A stretch of 64,000 nt of DNA from Candidatus Anstonella stagnisolia (lineage in GTDB: Archaea; Micrarchaeota; Micrarchaeia; Anstonellales; Anstonellaceae). Positions 25,716-33,935 of this stretch are shown piece after piece. The notes under the pieces were generated by a model. That model saw nothing but the letters and a program-made list of their open reading frames with translations. It did not search any database and was not told the origin of the DNA. The translations under genes and the position numbers were made by a program. Position 1 is the first letter of the stretch; every line of letters begins with the position of its first letter. The stretch is taken from the NCBI GenBank assembly GCA_902384585.1, contig CABMCJ010000004.1:770086-834085 (forward strand), given 5' to 3'.

Positions 25716-27206
25716 ATGGAGAATAATGAAAATGCCAGGAATGCACATGAAGCTGGCGCGAAAAAGAATTATGCGGTTTATGCAGTTGTTGTGATACTTG
25801 CCATTGTTGCGCTTGCTGCAGTTGTTCTTGGGATGCAAAAGCCTGCGGAAACAAAGCAGGCGACCCCGTCTGAATTTTTCTTTGCGTCCATGGACAAGAT
25901 GATGAACGCCACCGAATATTCGCTTGCGTTTAGCGAGAACGTGAGCGGGGTGGAAAACAAATACGCGATCGTGCGGGCCAAGAACGGGATGTTCGCATCG
26001 GCTGAAAACCCCGTAGATATGCGGGAGTTTTACGTGCTGGATGGCGGGAAATATGCGTGCGAGAAATTCGGGAATTACAGCGTGTGCGCGGACATGAGGG
26101 AAAACAGCAGCGCGCTTAATTTTTTCAATGCAAAGCTTGCCCCGAAATTCTTTGGGAAGCAGCAGGTGGAGCAGGACAAGGAATTTGTTGCGGCACTGGA
26201 AAAATTCGGTGCTGCAACTTTTGACGGGAACTTCGTGGAAAAGACAGTGGGAGGCATCAAGTGCAGGCAGGTCACTTATGCGCTGGATTATGGGAAACTC
26301 AGCCTGGACCAGCTAAATCAGCTTGGGATTTCGGCAAGCAGCCCGGTTGTCACGCAATTTAGCGACTACAGGATAAGCCTGTGCATAGATGAGGCAAGCG
26401 GCATTGCGGTGCAAACTGTGCTTTCGTACAAATTCAACAATGAGCAGAGAGTTTATACAAGGGAATATACCGGGCTGGAAGTAGGCGGCGTCGGGGAACT
26501 TAAAGCCCCGCTCAAGCTTGAGAATGTTGCCAAGTTCGAGGACGTTTTTGCGCAGGCAAATGCCGAGCTTGCGGTATATTCTGCATGCAGCGGGCTCGTT
26601 GAGAGCGAGGCTTCAAAATGCTACATAGGGATTGCACTGGACAGGTGGGACAGCAGTTTCTGCTCGAGAATAAGCGCGCCAAACGAGGCGGACAGGTGTT
26701 ACCTCATGGTCGCAGTGCAGGCGTCGCAGCCGCAAACGTGCGAAAGTGCGGGAAAATTGAGGGATGACTGCCTTTTTGAGATTGGGGCGGGAAGCAAAAA
26801 CCCAAGTGTATGCGGGATGATAGGCAATGCGAGCATGGTTGCGCAATGCAATGGGATTGCGGGGAACGGGACTGGGAAAAGCCCTGCGAACCAGACCCAG
26901 GCGCCGGCAAAGAAGGTTGAATGCGCCCAAGACAGCGACTGCGCGCCGACGGGGTGCAGCAACATTGTGTGCGCACCCCTGAACTCCACGGTTGCCACGA
27001 CGTGCGAATACAAATCGGTATACGCATGTTTTGAAAAAGCATTCTGCGGATGCAGGCAGGGCGCGTGCAGCTGGTATAAGGGGGAAGAGTACAATGCATG
27101 CGTAAGCGACTTTGAAAGCTCTGCCATGGAAAGCATAATCAAGGAAAAAATAGCTGAGCTCAACCAGACTGCCGGAAACGTTTCTGCAGGCAACTCAACA
27201 AAATAA
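25716..27206 (+). CDS. Membrane-anchored or secreted Cys-rich protein, function unknown
   Basis: Start moved to ATG 25716. The N-terminal TM anchor is YAVYAVVVILAIVALAAVVLG. The C-terminal third has repeated C-x(9-11)-C units and a dense Cys cluster (ECAQDSDCAPTGCSNIVCAP...CGCRQGACSWY). Confidence 0.55.
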   Translation: MENNENARNAHEAGAKKNYAVYAVVVILAIVALAAVVLGMQKPAETKQATPSEFFFASMDKMMNATEYSLAFSENVSGVENKYAIVRAKNGMFASAENPVDMREFYVLDGGKYACEKFGNYSVCADMRENSSALNFFNAKLAPKFFGKQQVEQDKEFVAALEKFGAATFDGNFVEKTVGGIKCRQVTYALDYGKLSLDQLNQLGISASSPVVTQFSDYRISLCIDEASGIAVQTVLSYKFNNEQRVYTREYTGLEVGGVGELKAPLKLENVAKFEDVFAQANAELAVYSACSGLVESEASKCYIGIALDRWDSSFCSRISAPNEADRCYLMVAVQASQPQTCESAGKLRDDCLFEIGAGSKNPSVCGMIGNASMVAQCNGIAGNGTGKSPANQTQAPAKKVECAQDSDCAPTGCSNIVCAPLNSTVATTCEYKSVYACFEKAFCGCRQGACSWYKGEEYNACVSDFESSAMESIIKEKIAELNQTAGNVSAGNSTK

Positions 27207-27216
27207 AAAGAAAAAG

Positions 27217-27387
27217 CGGGCCCAGAGGGATTTTCAACCGCGGCTTCACGCACCCTAGTTTTCGGAAAACGAAAAGGGGGTGAAACCACAGGGGGGACTT
27301 CCGGAATGCCTGATGCCCCCCTAGGTTTTCGAACCCTCGACATGTTGATTAAGAGTCAACCGCTCTACCAAGCTGAGCTATAGGCCC
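27217..27387 (-). tRNA. tRNA-Lys (anticodon CUU) interrupted by a ~97-nt intron inside the T-loop (about 27231..27327; position 59/60, junction ambiguous within GAAAA)
   Basis: The minus strand from 27387 reads GGGCCTA-TA-GCTC-AGCTTGGTA-GAGC-G-GTTGA-CTCTTAA-TCAAC-ATGTC-GAGGG-TTCGAA. Then ~97 nt intervene. T-CCCTC-TGGGCCC-G follows at 27230..27217 and completes the T-stem and the 7-bp acceptor stem (one G:U pair). Confidence 0.8.
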
Positions 27388-27434
27388 AAGGATATCTTTA
27401 TATCCAGGCAAAAATATAAACCATATGTTTGGTG

Positions 27435-28316
27435 AAGATGATGGCAAGGCAGAGGGAACTGTGCATTGAAGCGGCAGCTAAGCTGCAGGAAGAAGGGTAC
27501 GAATACGCCCAGTGCTGCGTGAGCGGCGGGTTTTTTGACATTGCAGCAAGAAGGGACGGGATGCTCCTCATAAAAGTCCTTGAGGACATAAACGCGTTTG
27601 CAGGGGCGCAGGCAAGCGGGATGAAAAACGCGGCTGCGATGCTGGAGAGCGGATGTTTTGTGCTGGGCGAATTCGCGGGCGGGCAGAGGCTGCGCGAAGG
27701 GGTGCTCTACCAGCGCCACGAGGTGGACGCGGGAGGGGTGGGCACGCTCGGGATGCTTATTGAGGAGCAGAAGATTTTTGTGCGAAAAAACAGGCGCGAA
27801 TACGTGAGGCTGGATGGGAAAAGGCTCTCGCAGGCAAGGGAAGAGGCGGGCATGGCGCTAAGGGAGCTTGCAAGGAAAAGCGGCATTTCAAAGGACACGC
27901 TGTGCAGGTATGAGAACAACGCAGGCATGGCGCTTGAGAGGCACGTGGACGCGCTTGAGGAAATAATGCGCACGGGGCTTAGGGCTGGTTTTGACGGGAT
28001 GCGCGCAAGCGCAGTGGGGTTTGATTTTTACGGGATGGCGGCAGCAAGGCTTGCAAAGCCTTTTGAGCTTGTTGCACGTGAAAAAGAAGACGGCGCGAAA
28101 ATTGTTTTTGGGGCAGGGCAGAACAAGAGGGCATTGCGCGCAAAAGCCGCGCTTTGCGGGGAATTCTCAAGGATAAGCAAGGCGGATTGCTGCTTCATGG
28201 TGGAAAAGTCAAAGGAAGACAATATTTTCGGCGTGCCAATAATACGCAAAAGCGAGCTTGAGGAAATGGGAAGGGTGGGGAGGATTGCGAAGCTTGTGAG
28301 GGAAAGGAAAGGGTGA
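27435..28316 (+). CDS. Archaeal putative HTH-type (Cro/C1/XRE) transcriptional regulator, ~300-aa family
   Basis: It has a central HTH (LSQAREEAGMALRELARKSGISKDTLCRYENN). The overall size and layout resemble the conserved archaeal 'putative HTH-type transcriptional regulatory protein' family. GTG 27429 is an alternative start. Confidence 0.65.
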   Translation, partial: KMMARQRELCIEAAAKLQEEGYEYAQCCVSGGFFDIAARRDGMLLIKVLEDINAFAGAQASGMKNAAAMLESGCFVLGEFAGGQRLREGVLYQRHEVDAGGVGTLGMLIEEQKIFVRKNRREYVRLDGKRLSQAREEAGMALRELARKSGISKDTLCRYENNAGMALERHVDALEEIMRTGLRAGFDGMRASAVGFDFYGMAAARLAKPFELVAREKEDGAKIVFGAGQNKRALRAKAALCGEFSRISKADCCFMVEKSKEDNIFGVPIIRKSELEEMGRVGRIAKLVRERKG

Positions 28317-28320
28317 GACT

Positions 28321-28914
28321 ATGAGAATTGCCGTTATTGCGGCTGCATTTGCAATGTTTGTGCTTTTGTTTGGGTGCGTGGGAGGCGGGCCCATACCTTC
28401 AGGCGTGGATGCGCATGGCGCGCAATACCGCGGTACAGACGGGGCGAAAGCCACCATTGTTGAATTTTCAGATTTCCAGTGCCCGTACTGCGCGCAGGCA
28501 GAGCCGACTGTGGAGAGGCTGTTGCGCGAGTATGCTGGGAAGGTGAAGCTCGTTTACAGGCATTATCCGCTGCCTGCGCACGAAAATGCATACATCGCAG
28601 CAGAGGCGTCAGAATGCGCGGCTGATGGGGGGAAATTCTGGGAAATGCACGACATCATGTACGCAAACCAGGAATCGCTGGATGAGGCGGGGCTGAAAAA
28701 GCTTGCCGCGCAGGTGGGGCTGGATGGGAACGCATTCGCAGCATGCATGCAGAGCGGGAAAAAGGCAGAAAAAATAAACAAGGACATGGAAGACGGGCGG
28801 ATTTTTGGGGTAAGGGCAACGCCTACGTTTTACATTGGCAGCCAGATGTTTGAGGGCGCGCCATATGACAAGATGAAGGCGGCAATTGAAGCTGAGCTGA
28901 ACGGGGCGAACTAG
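28321..28914 (+). CDS. DsbA-like thiol:disulfide oxidoreductase, lipoprotein-type signal
   Basis: The lipobox-like signal is LLFGCVGG and the thioredoxin active site is FQCPYCAQ. Confidence 0.75.
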   Translation: MRIAVIAAAFAMFVLLFGCVGGGPIPSGVDAHGAQYRGTDGAKATIVEFSDFQCPYCAQAEPTVERLLREYAGKVKLVYRHYPLPAHENAYIAAEASECAADGGKFWEMHDIMYANQESLDEAGLKKLAAQVGLDGNAFAACMQSGKKAEKINKDMEDGRIFGVRATPTFYIGSQMFEGAPYDKMKAAIEAELNGAN

Positions 28915-29460
28915 ATGCTTCCTGAATTGGGCGAGATTGGGAAAAGGCGCAGGCAGGCAGGGATGACGCAGCAGCAGCTTGCAAGCTGCGCAGGGATTTC
29001 CCAGTCACTTGTTGCAAAGATAGAGAGCGGCACGCTTGCGCCAAGCTACGAAAATGTCAAGAGGATTTTTGAGTGTTTTGAAAGGGAGCAGAAAAAAGCC
29101 GGGAGAAGCGCAGGTGAAATCGCAAGCAGGAAAATTTTTTATGCAAAGCCTGAGGAGACTGTGGAGAAGGCGATTGAAACCATGAGAAAGCACGGGTTTT
29201 CCCAACTGCCTGTTTTGAGGCAGGGGAGGATCGTGGGGAGCATAAGCGACGAGAACATAGTGGGGTTTTTGCGCGATGGAAAAGAAGCAGGGAAGGCGAA
29301 AGTCGAGGACATAATGGGGGAGCCGTTTGCGCGCATATCAAAGGACGCGCAGGTCGAGGCGGTTGTCGGGCTGCTGAAATACGAAAAGGCGATAGTGGTG
29401 ACAGAGGGGGAGGAAGTAAAGGGGATAATAACCAGGGCGGATTTGTTCAAGCTTTTTTAG
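28915..29460 (+). CDS. XRE-type HTH plus CBS-pair domain regulator
   Basis: The ATG directly abuts the upstream stop. The N-terminal HTH is RRQAGMTQQQLASCAGISQSLVAKIESG. CBS-like repeats follow (GFSQLPVLRQGRIVGSISDENI, VVTEGEEVKGIITRADL). Confidence 0.75.
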   Translation: MLPELGEIGKRRRQAGMTQQQLASCAGISQSLVAKIESGTLAPSYENVKRIFECFEREQKKAGRSAGEIASRKIFYAKPEETVEKAIETMRKHGFSQLPVLRQGRIVGSISDENIVGFLRDGKEAGKAKVEDIMGEPFARISKDAQVEAVVGLLKYEKAIVVTEGEEVKGIITRADLFKLF

Positions 29461-29468
29461 GCGTTTAA

Positions 29469-29855
29469 ATGGATGTTGAAACTGCGGCAGACGTGCAGGA
29501 AATAATGGATGACATAGTGAGAACGCTTGGGCTTGGGCACATCAATGAGTTCCGCATAATATGCATGCGTTCGCGCAATGCAAAGGCGCACGCATATGCA
29601 AGGATATGGAACCTGCCTGACATCTGGCAGAAGGCACTTGAAGTAAAGGCGTTTTATGTCATAGAGGTCCTGTCGGAAAAGTTTGACGTGCTGGGCGAAA
29701 CTGAAAAAAAGAAGGTAATAATACATGAGCTGCTGCACATACCAAAAACTTTCTCGGGTGCGCTTTTGGGGCATGCATACGGGAACAAGAGGATAGATGG
29801 CAGGACTGTTGAATCTATTTACAAAGAGTACATCAGGCGCAAGCAATCAGAATAG
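29469..29855 (+). CDS. Putative zinc metallopeptidase (HExxH; COG4900-like)
   Basis: 128 aa with VIIHELLHIP (HExxH). Confidence 0.6.
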   Translation: MDVETAADVQEIMDDIVRTLGLGHINEFRIICMRSRNAKAHAYARIWNLPDIWQKALEVKAFYVIEVLSEKFDVLGETEKKKVIIHELLHIPKTFSGALLGHAYGNKRIDGRTVESIYKEYIRRKQSE

Positions 29856-30305
29856 TTTTAGGGTGAAATCGCCAAGAAGATGCGAGAGGTAGCCGATTGA
29901 AAGGCCGGCTGCCGCGGTGGCGCCAAAGGCGAAAAAAACAGGCACGCACAGCAATGCAAAGAAGAAAAAGGAGTGCGTAATGCCGCGGTGGCGCGGGCGC
30001 AGCAGCGCCAGGAAAACATGCAGGGCTGCTGCAAGCAGGATGAACGAGAGCAAAACCAACTGGAGTTTCTCTGCAAGAGGCTGTTGTGTTTGGGACACAA
30101 AAACAACCGAGAGTGCGCACAGGAAAACCAGCGAAATGAAAAAAGAGAGCCTTGATATTTTGCTGTTTTTGTGGTCTATGTCAGGCAGGATGGAGGCAGT
30201 GAGGCAAAGAAGGATGGGGGAAGGGGAAGTTAGAAGGCTTGGGTAAAACGCGCATGCTGCAAGAAAAAGCGCAAGGGAAAACGCAAGGTGCGCAATCCAG
30301 TTCAT
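29847..30305 (-). CDS. Membrane-bound metal-dependent hydrolase, YdjM/DUF457 family
   Basis: Family motifs are present in order: MNWIAHLAFSLA, SILPDIDH, HRGITHS and SHLLGDF. Confidence 0.65.
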   Translation of the reverse strand: MNWIAHLAFSLALFLAACAFYPSLLTSPSPILLCLTASILPDIDHKNSKISRLSFFISLVFLCALSVVFVSQTQQPLAEKLQLVLLSFILLAAALHVFLALLRPRHRGITHSFFFFALLCVPVFFAFGATAAAGLSIGYLSHLLGDFTLKLF

Positions 30306-30881
30306 TTACACACTGTCCGTTGCGCGCAGCAGGGATTTGAAAGAAGAGTGGAGATGGAGCGCCTGCTCCTCAGGCTTGTTGTGGGTGGACCTTGCCGCCT
30401 GCAGCACGTTGTAATATGCCTCGCCGAATGCTGCCTGGAAGAGCAGCGCCTCGTCGTTTGTGAAAGAGGAGGTTGCGGAGCAAAGGGCTGCGAGGTATTT
30501 CAGCTGCTTGAGGGCAAGGGCGCCCTGGCGGCGGCGCTGGGCATATTTTGAGCTGAAGAGAACCAGGATGAGCGCGAAAAGGGAATTGAGCCGCTCGCGA
30601 AAATGCGCGGCAAGGGCAGGCATTGTGAACTCTGTTTTTTGCTGCATGGGTAGGATTGTTTGCTGCGCAAGCAAGGGTGTTTGGAACAGTTCCGTTGCCG
30701 GGGCGGAGGTTTTTTCCTGCGCGAAAGCCTGGGCAGGTTTTGCCTCGGCGTATTTTTGCCCTGGGAAGAAATATTTGGAAGAAAAACGGGTTGTGGGCAC
30801 GGCTAGTTGTTTTTCTCCGGATTGTTTTTGTGTGAGGTCTGGCATAGCCAACCACGGTCGCGTCCATAATGTGGAACGCAA
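30306..30881 (-). CDS. Hypothetical protein (start uncertain; alternative ATG 30845)
   Basis: Its stop abuts the ydjM-like start (TAA-ATG). No recognisable motifs. Confidence 0.4.
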   Translation of the reverse strand: MRSTLWTRPWLAMPDLTQKQSGEKQLAVPTTRFSSKYFFPGQKYAEAKPAQAFAQEKTSAPATELFQTPLLAQQTILPMQQKTEFTMPALAAHFRERLNSLFALILVLFSSKYAQRRRQGALALKQLKYLAALCSATSSFTNDEALLFQAAFGEAYYNVLQAARSTHNKPEEQALHLHSSFKSLLRATDSV

Positions 30882-30951
30882 TGTTTAAAAAGAAAAGCCG
30901 GGCGGCGAAAACAAAGGGGTGTTTAATAAGTTTGCAGGTGAATTTTGTGGC

Positions 30952-31944
30952 ATGGATGTTGAGAAATTCTTTGTTCAAAAATCAGGGCTTGTGGAAAAAA
31001 AGATAGGGGAGATAGTGCCCAAAGGGAGCGAGCCTGCCGAAGTGTACGGGCTCATATGGGACCTTGTTGACAGGGGCGGAAAGAGGCTGAGGCCTGCGCT
31101 TTGCCTGCTTTCGTGCGAGGCAGTTGGGGGAAGGGAGGAAGATGCGCTTGGGGCTGCGGCGGCAATTGAAATGTTCCATAATTTTACGCTCATACATGAT
31201 GATATTGAGGATTGCTCGCTCCTTAGGAGGGGAAAGCCGTGCCTGCATGTGCAGTATGGCGTGCCGCTTGCGCTCAATGCGGGGGACGGGCTGTTCATGA
31301 TGGTGTGGAAAGCAGCGATGGGTGTTGGAAGGAATTTTGAGGAGAATAAAATCGCGCAAAAGATGCTGCTTGAGGCATTTACAAAAGTGCTTGAGGGGCA
31401 GGCGATTGAGCTTGGTTGGTATTATAAAAACAAATGGGATGTTAGTGAAGGCGAATATAGGAAAATGGTGGAAGGGAAAACCGGGGCCCTCATAGGGGTG
31501 AGCTGCGCGGTTGGGGCATTTTTAGGCGGCGCGGAAAAAGAAGAGGTCGAGAATTTGATGGGGTTTGGGATGGAAGTGGGAGTTGCATTCCAGATACAGG
31601 ATGATGTTTTGAATATTGTAGGGGATGAAAAAAAATACAAGAAAGAAATTGGCGGGGATATTGTTGAGGGGAAAAGGACGCTCATTGTGATTGAGGCGCT
31701 TAGGAGGCTTCCAAAAAATGAGGCTGGAAGGTTGGAAAATCTGCTTAAGAAGAAAAAGAAAGCCAAGAAAGATGTTAAAGAAGTTATTGCGCTCCTTAAG
31801 AAAAGCGGCGGGGTCGGGGCTGCCCAGAAAGAGGCGATGCGCCTTGTGGCAAGCGCGCGGGAAAAATTGGAGTTTGTTAAAAACCCCGCAGCAAAAGAGA
31901 TGTTTGAGGGGATTGCGGATTATTTGATAATGAGGGAAGTTTAG
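30952..31944 (+). CDS. Polyprenyl (geranylgeranyl) diphosphate synthase
   Basis: The first Asp-rich motif is LIHDDIED and the second is FQIQDDVLN. Start moved to ATG 30952 with an AGGTGA RBS upstream. Confidence 0.85.
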   Translation: MDVEKFFVQKSGLVEKKIGEIVPKGSEPAEVYGLIWDLVDRGGKRLRPALCLLSCEAVGGREEDALGAAAAIEMFHNFTLIHDDIEDCSLLRRGKPCLHVQYGVPLALNAGDGLFMMVWKAAMGVGRNFEENKIAQKMLLEAFTKVLEGQAIELGWYYKNKWDVSEGEYRKMVEGKTGALIGVSCAVGAFLGGAEKEEVENLMGFGMEVGVAFQIQDDVLNIVGDEKKYKKEIGGDIVEGKRTLIVIEALRRLPKNEAGRLENLLKKKKKAKKDVKEVIALLKKSGGVGAAQKEAMRLVASAREKLEFVKNPAAKEMFEGIADYLIMREV

Positions 31945-32044
31945 TTTTATTTTGGGAAAATGGCGCGAAGATAGTTTTTTAAAATGGAAGATAGTAATAG
32001 GGACGCAATTTGCAATACTGCTGCAAAATTACGAGGGTGAGAAG

Positions 32045-32302
32045 ATGGTAACGAAAGCGTCAAAATTGTATGATATGGATATCTACACAGACGGCGGCAA
32101 GTTTTTGGGAAGGGTGCATGAGATTTTGATTGATTTGGAAAGAGGGGAAGTGGTGCGCCTTACAATGGAGCCGCTTAGCTCTGTATCAAAAGATGAGGCA
32201 AAGAGGATTTTGAGGGATAAGAGCATCTTGTACAAAAATGTAAAATCTGTTGAAGATGTTGTGGTTGTTGGAAAAGGCCTTACTGGTTTGCCAAGCGAAT
32301 AA
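32045..32302 (+). CDS. PRC-barrel domain protein
   Basis: ATG 32045 has a GAGGGTGA RBS. The sequence ASKLYDMDIYTDGGKFLGRVHEILIDLERGEVVRL fits the PRC-barrel pattern. Confidence 0.6.
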   Translation: MVTKASKLYDMDIYTDGGKFLGRVHEILIDLERGEVVRLTMEPLSSVSKDEAKRILRDKSILYKNVKSVEDVVVVGKGLTGLPSE

Positions 32303-32312
32303 GTTTGTTTGT

Positions 32313-32516
32313 AGAGAGGGCACACTTCCACTATTTTTTTCTTTTATTACGGTCTTTTTTTAGGTTTTTGAGGTTTTTAGTGAAAAGCTGCTATTTTTGT
32401 TGTTTTTTGTTTTTGGGTGTTTATATTGTTTATTGTAACTATAGTTACATAATAATAAATAATAAACTAATCAAACTAACAAACACAATGTAAAATAGTG
32501 GAACTATGCCCTCTCT
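32313..32516. repeat. AT-rich (~25% GC by eye) element bounded by 25-nt imperfect inverted repeats, with an internal 16-nt perfect palindrome
   Basis: The left repeat is AGAGAGGGCACACTTCCACTATTTT (32313..32337). The right repeat is AAAATAGTGGAACTATGCCCTCTCT (32492..32516). They match 23/25 as reverse complements. The left half of the spacer is T-rich and the right half is A-rich on the plus strand. TGTAACTATAGTTACA lies at 32434..32449 and AGGTTTTT occurs twice. Confidence 0.85.
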
Positions 32517-32542
32517 TCTCTAATTAAAAACAAAGACAATAA

Positions 32543-32617
32543 TAGCGGGAGGTGGATTTGAACCACCGGTCTCTGGGTTATGAGCCCAGCGGGCACTCCA
32601 AACTACCCTATCCCGCT
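32543..32617 (-). tRNA. Initiator tRNA-Met (anticodon CAU)
   Basis: The minus strand reads AGCGGGA-TA-GGGT-AGTTTGGAGT-GCCC-G-CTGGG-CTCATAA-CCCAG-AGACC-GGTGG-TTCAAAT-CCACC-TCCCGCT-A. It has the A1:U72 pair and three G:C pairs closing the anticodon stem, both initiator hallmarks. Confidence 0.9.
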
Positions 32618-32658
32618 TTTATAATAAAAATTAGCACACACACCTTAAAAACCAATCT

Positions 32659-33297
32659 TTACTTTTTTTTCTCAAAAAAACTTAAATCATTCCCACAACT
32701 TGAGCACTTAAACTGCCTGTCCATGGCGGTTTCAAAATCAACCACACTTTCTTTTCCACACCCTGCGCAAAAATACTGGTCCCCTTCGCCACTTGCAACG
32801 CATTTTTCCCCAACATACCCTTCTGCGCCCTTGTTTTGGTAAACAGGCATCAAAATTTCCTTTTCCTTCCCCTCATCAAGCCGCCATACATATGAATACC
32901 AACCACTGTCTTTGTCCCTGCTGCGCGCGTATTGCGCCATCCCCAAGCTATGCAGCTTATTGAGCACAATGCGCACATCGCTCACTTTCATCTTGGCTTT
33001 CTTCGCAAGCTCCTCATCTGAGAGCTCGCATGTGAATTCCCTTAAAACATTAATTGTGTTTTCACCTGCAACATCTATCAAATGGCTCCGCACCATGGAA
33101 TTTGCAAGCAGGGTTTTTTGCAGCGTGTATTGCTGTTTTTTTATCCTGATTTTTTCAACACCCGCTGGCCTGGTGGTTTTTCCAACAACAGCTTTCTGGT
33201 GTTTTTTTGTAATCTTCCTTATTTTGGGCGCAGCGCTCCGCTTAAATTGCTTTTTCCCAACCTTAATTTTTTTAGCAGATTTTTTTGCTTTTGCCAT
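32659..33297 (-). CDS. tfe: Transcription factor E (TFE alpha) with a ~55-aa Lys-rich N-terminal extension
   Basis: The winged helix is NVLREFTCELSDEELAKKAKMKVSDVRIVLNKLHSLGMAQY...WYSYVWRL. The C-terminal zinc ribbon is FCAGCG...FKCSSCG. Confidence 0.75.
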   Translation of the reverse strand: MAKAKKSAKKIKVGKKQFKRSAAPKIRKITKKHQKAVVGKTTRPAGVEKIRIKKQQYTLQKTLLANSMVRSHLIDVAGENTINVLREFTCELSDEELAKKAKMKVSDVRIVLNKLHSLGMAQYARSRDKDSGWYSYVWRLDEGKEKEILMPVYQNKGAEGYVGEKCVASGEGDQYFCAGCGKESVVDFETAMDRQFKCSSCGNDLSFFEKKK

Positions 33298-33327
33298 GAC
33301 ACCAACACCAGCTTAAACTACATTTTA

Positions 33328-33885
33328 TTAACACATCTCTCCTTTATATTGCTTGGCGCCCTTATTACACACTAAAACACTCTTTCCACACTTATTTGGC
33401 ACGATTTTCACTTTTGCCCCCCCAAATTCCCTTCCCAGCTCGTTCCCCTCAAAATACCTGTCTAAAAATATCGTGAGTGCAGCAACTTCCGAGTGAGGCT
33501 GGCTGGTTACTGCCACATTATAATCTGCCGCAAGATACATTTCTTTTTCAACCTTTTCAGCCCCAACAACAACCAGCAACTTTTTTTCCTTGCGGATTTT
33601 TCCAACAACATCCTGCACCTTCTCCCCATACATTGTAAGGTGCGCAATTTTTCCGCCCTGCCCTTTCCATTCCTTCACAAACGCAACCCAGTTCCCTATC
33701 TGCTGCGCAAAAAACTTCCCGCCCCATTTCCCAACGACTTTTGTTACGCCCTCCACGAGCTTCTCATCCTTCTCCCCATGGATGTACACTCCCTCTGCCC
33801 CAAATGCCCTCGCAGCAAGGCACACATGGGTAGTAAGCCTCTGGTCACGCACGCACCTGTGCCCAATCCTCAATACAACAACCAT
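33328..33885 (-). CDS. trm56: tRNA (cytidine56-2'-O)-methyltransferase (aTrm56, SPOUT)
   Basis: Start moved to ATG 33885. Motifs are VVLRIGHRCVRDQRLTTHVCLAARAFGA, HLTMYG and VVVGAEKV. Confidence 0.8.
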   Translation of the reverse strand: MVVVLRIGHRCVRDQRLTTHVCLAARAFGAEGVYIHGEKDEKLVEGVTKVVGKWGGKFFAQQIGNWVAFVKEWKGQGGKIAHLTMYGEKVQDVVGKIRKEKKLLVVVGAEKVEKEMYLAADYNVAVTSQPHSEVAALTIFLDRYFEGNELGREFGGAKVKIVPNKCGKSVLVCNKGAKQYKGEMC

Positions 33886-33935
33886 GCCTAACTCTCCCCA
33901 CCTAAAATTATATACCCCTGCCCCCAAACAACCCT

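Noticed and set aside
32313-32516. Interpreting the inverted-repeat element as a MITE or transposon remnant, or calling the repeats bona fide ORB boxes.
   Set aside because: I see no target-site duplication flanking the 25-nt repeats, no second copy in 64 kb and no transposase. The match to ORB/mini-ORB is limited to a TTCCAC core recalled from memory, which is not enough to name it. It is reported only as a candidate ori/ter element.
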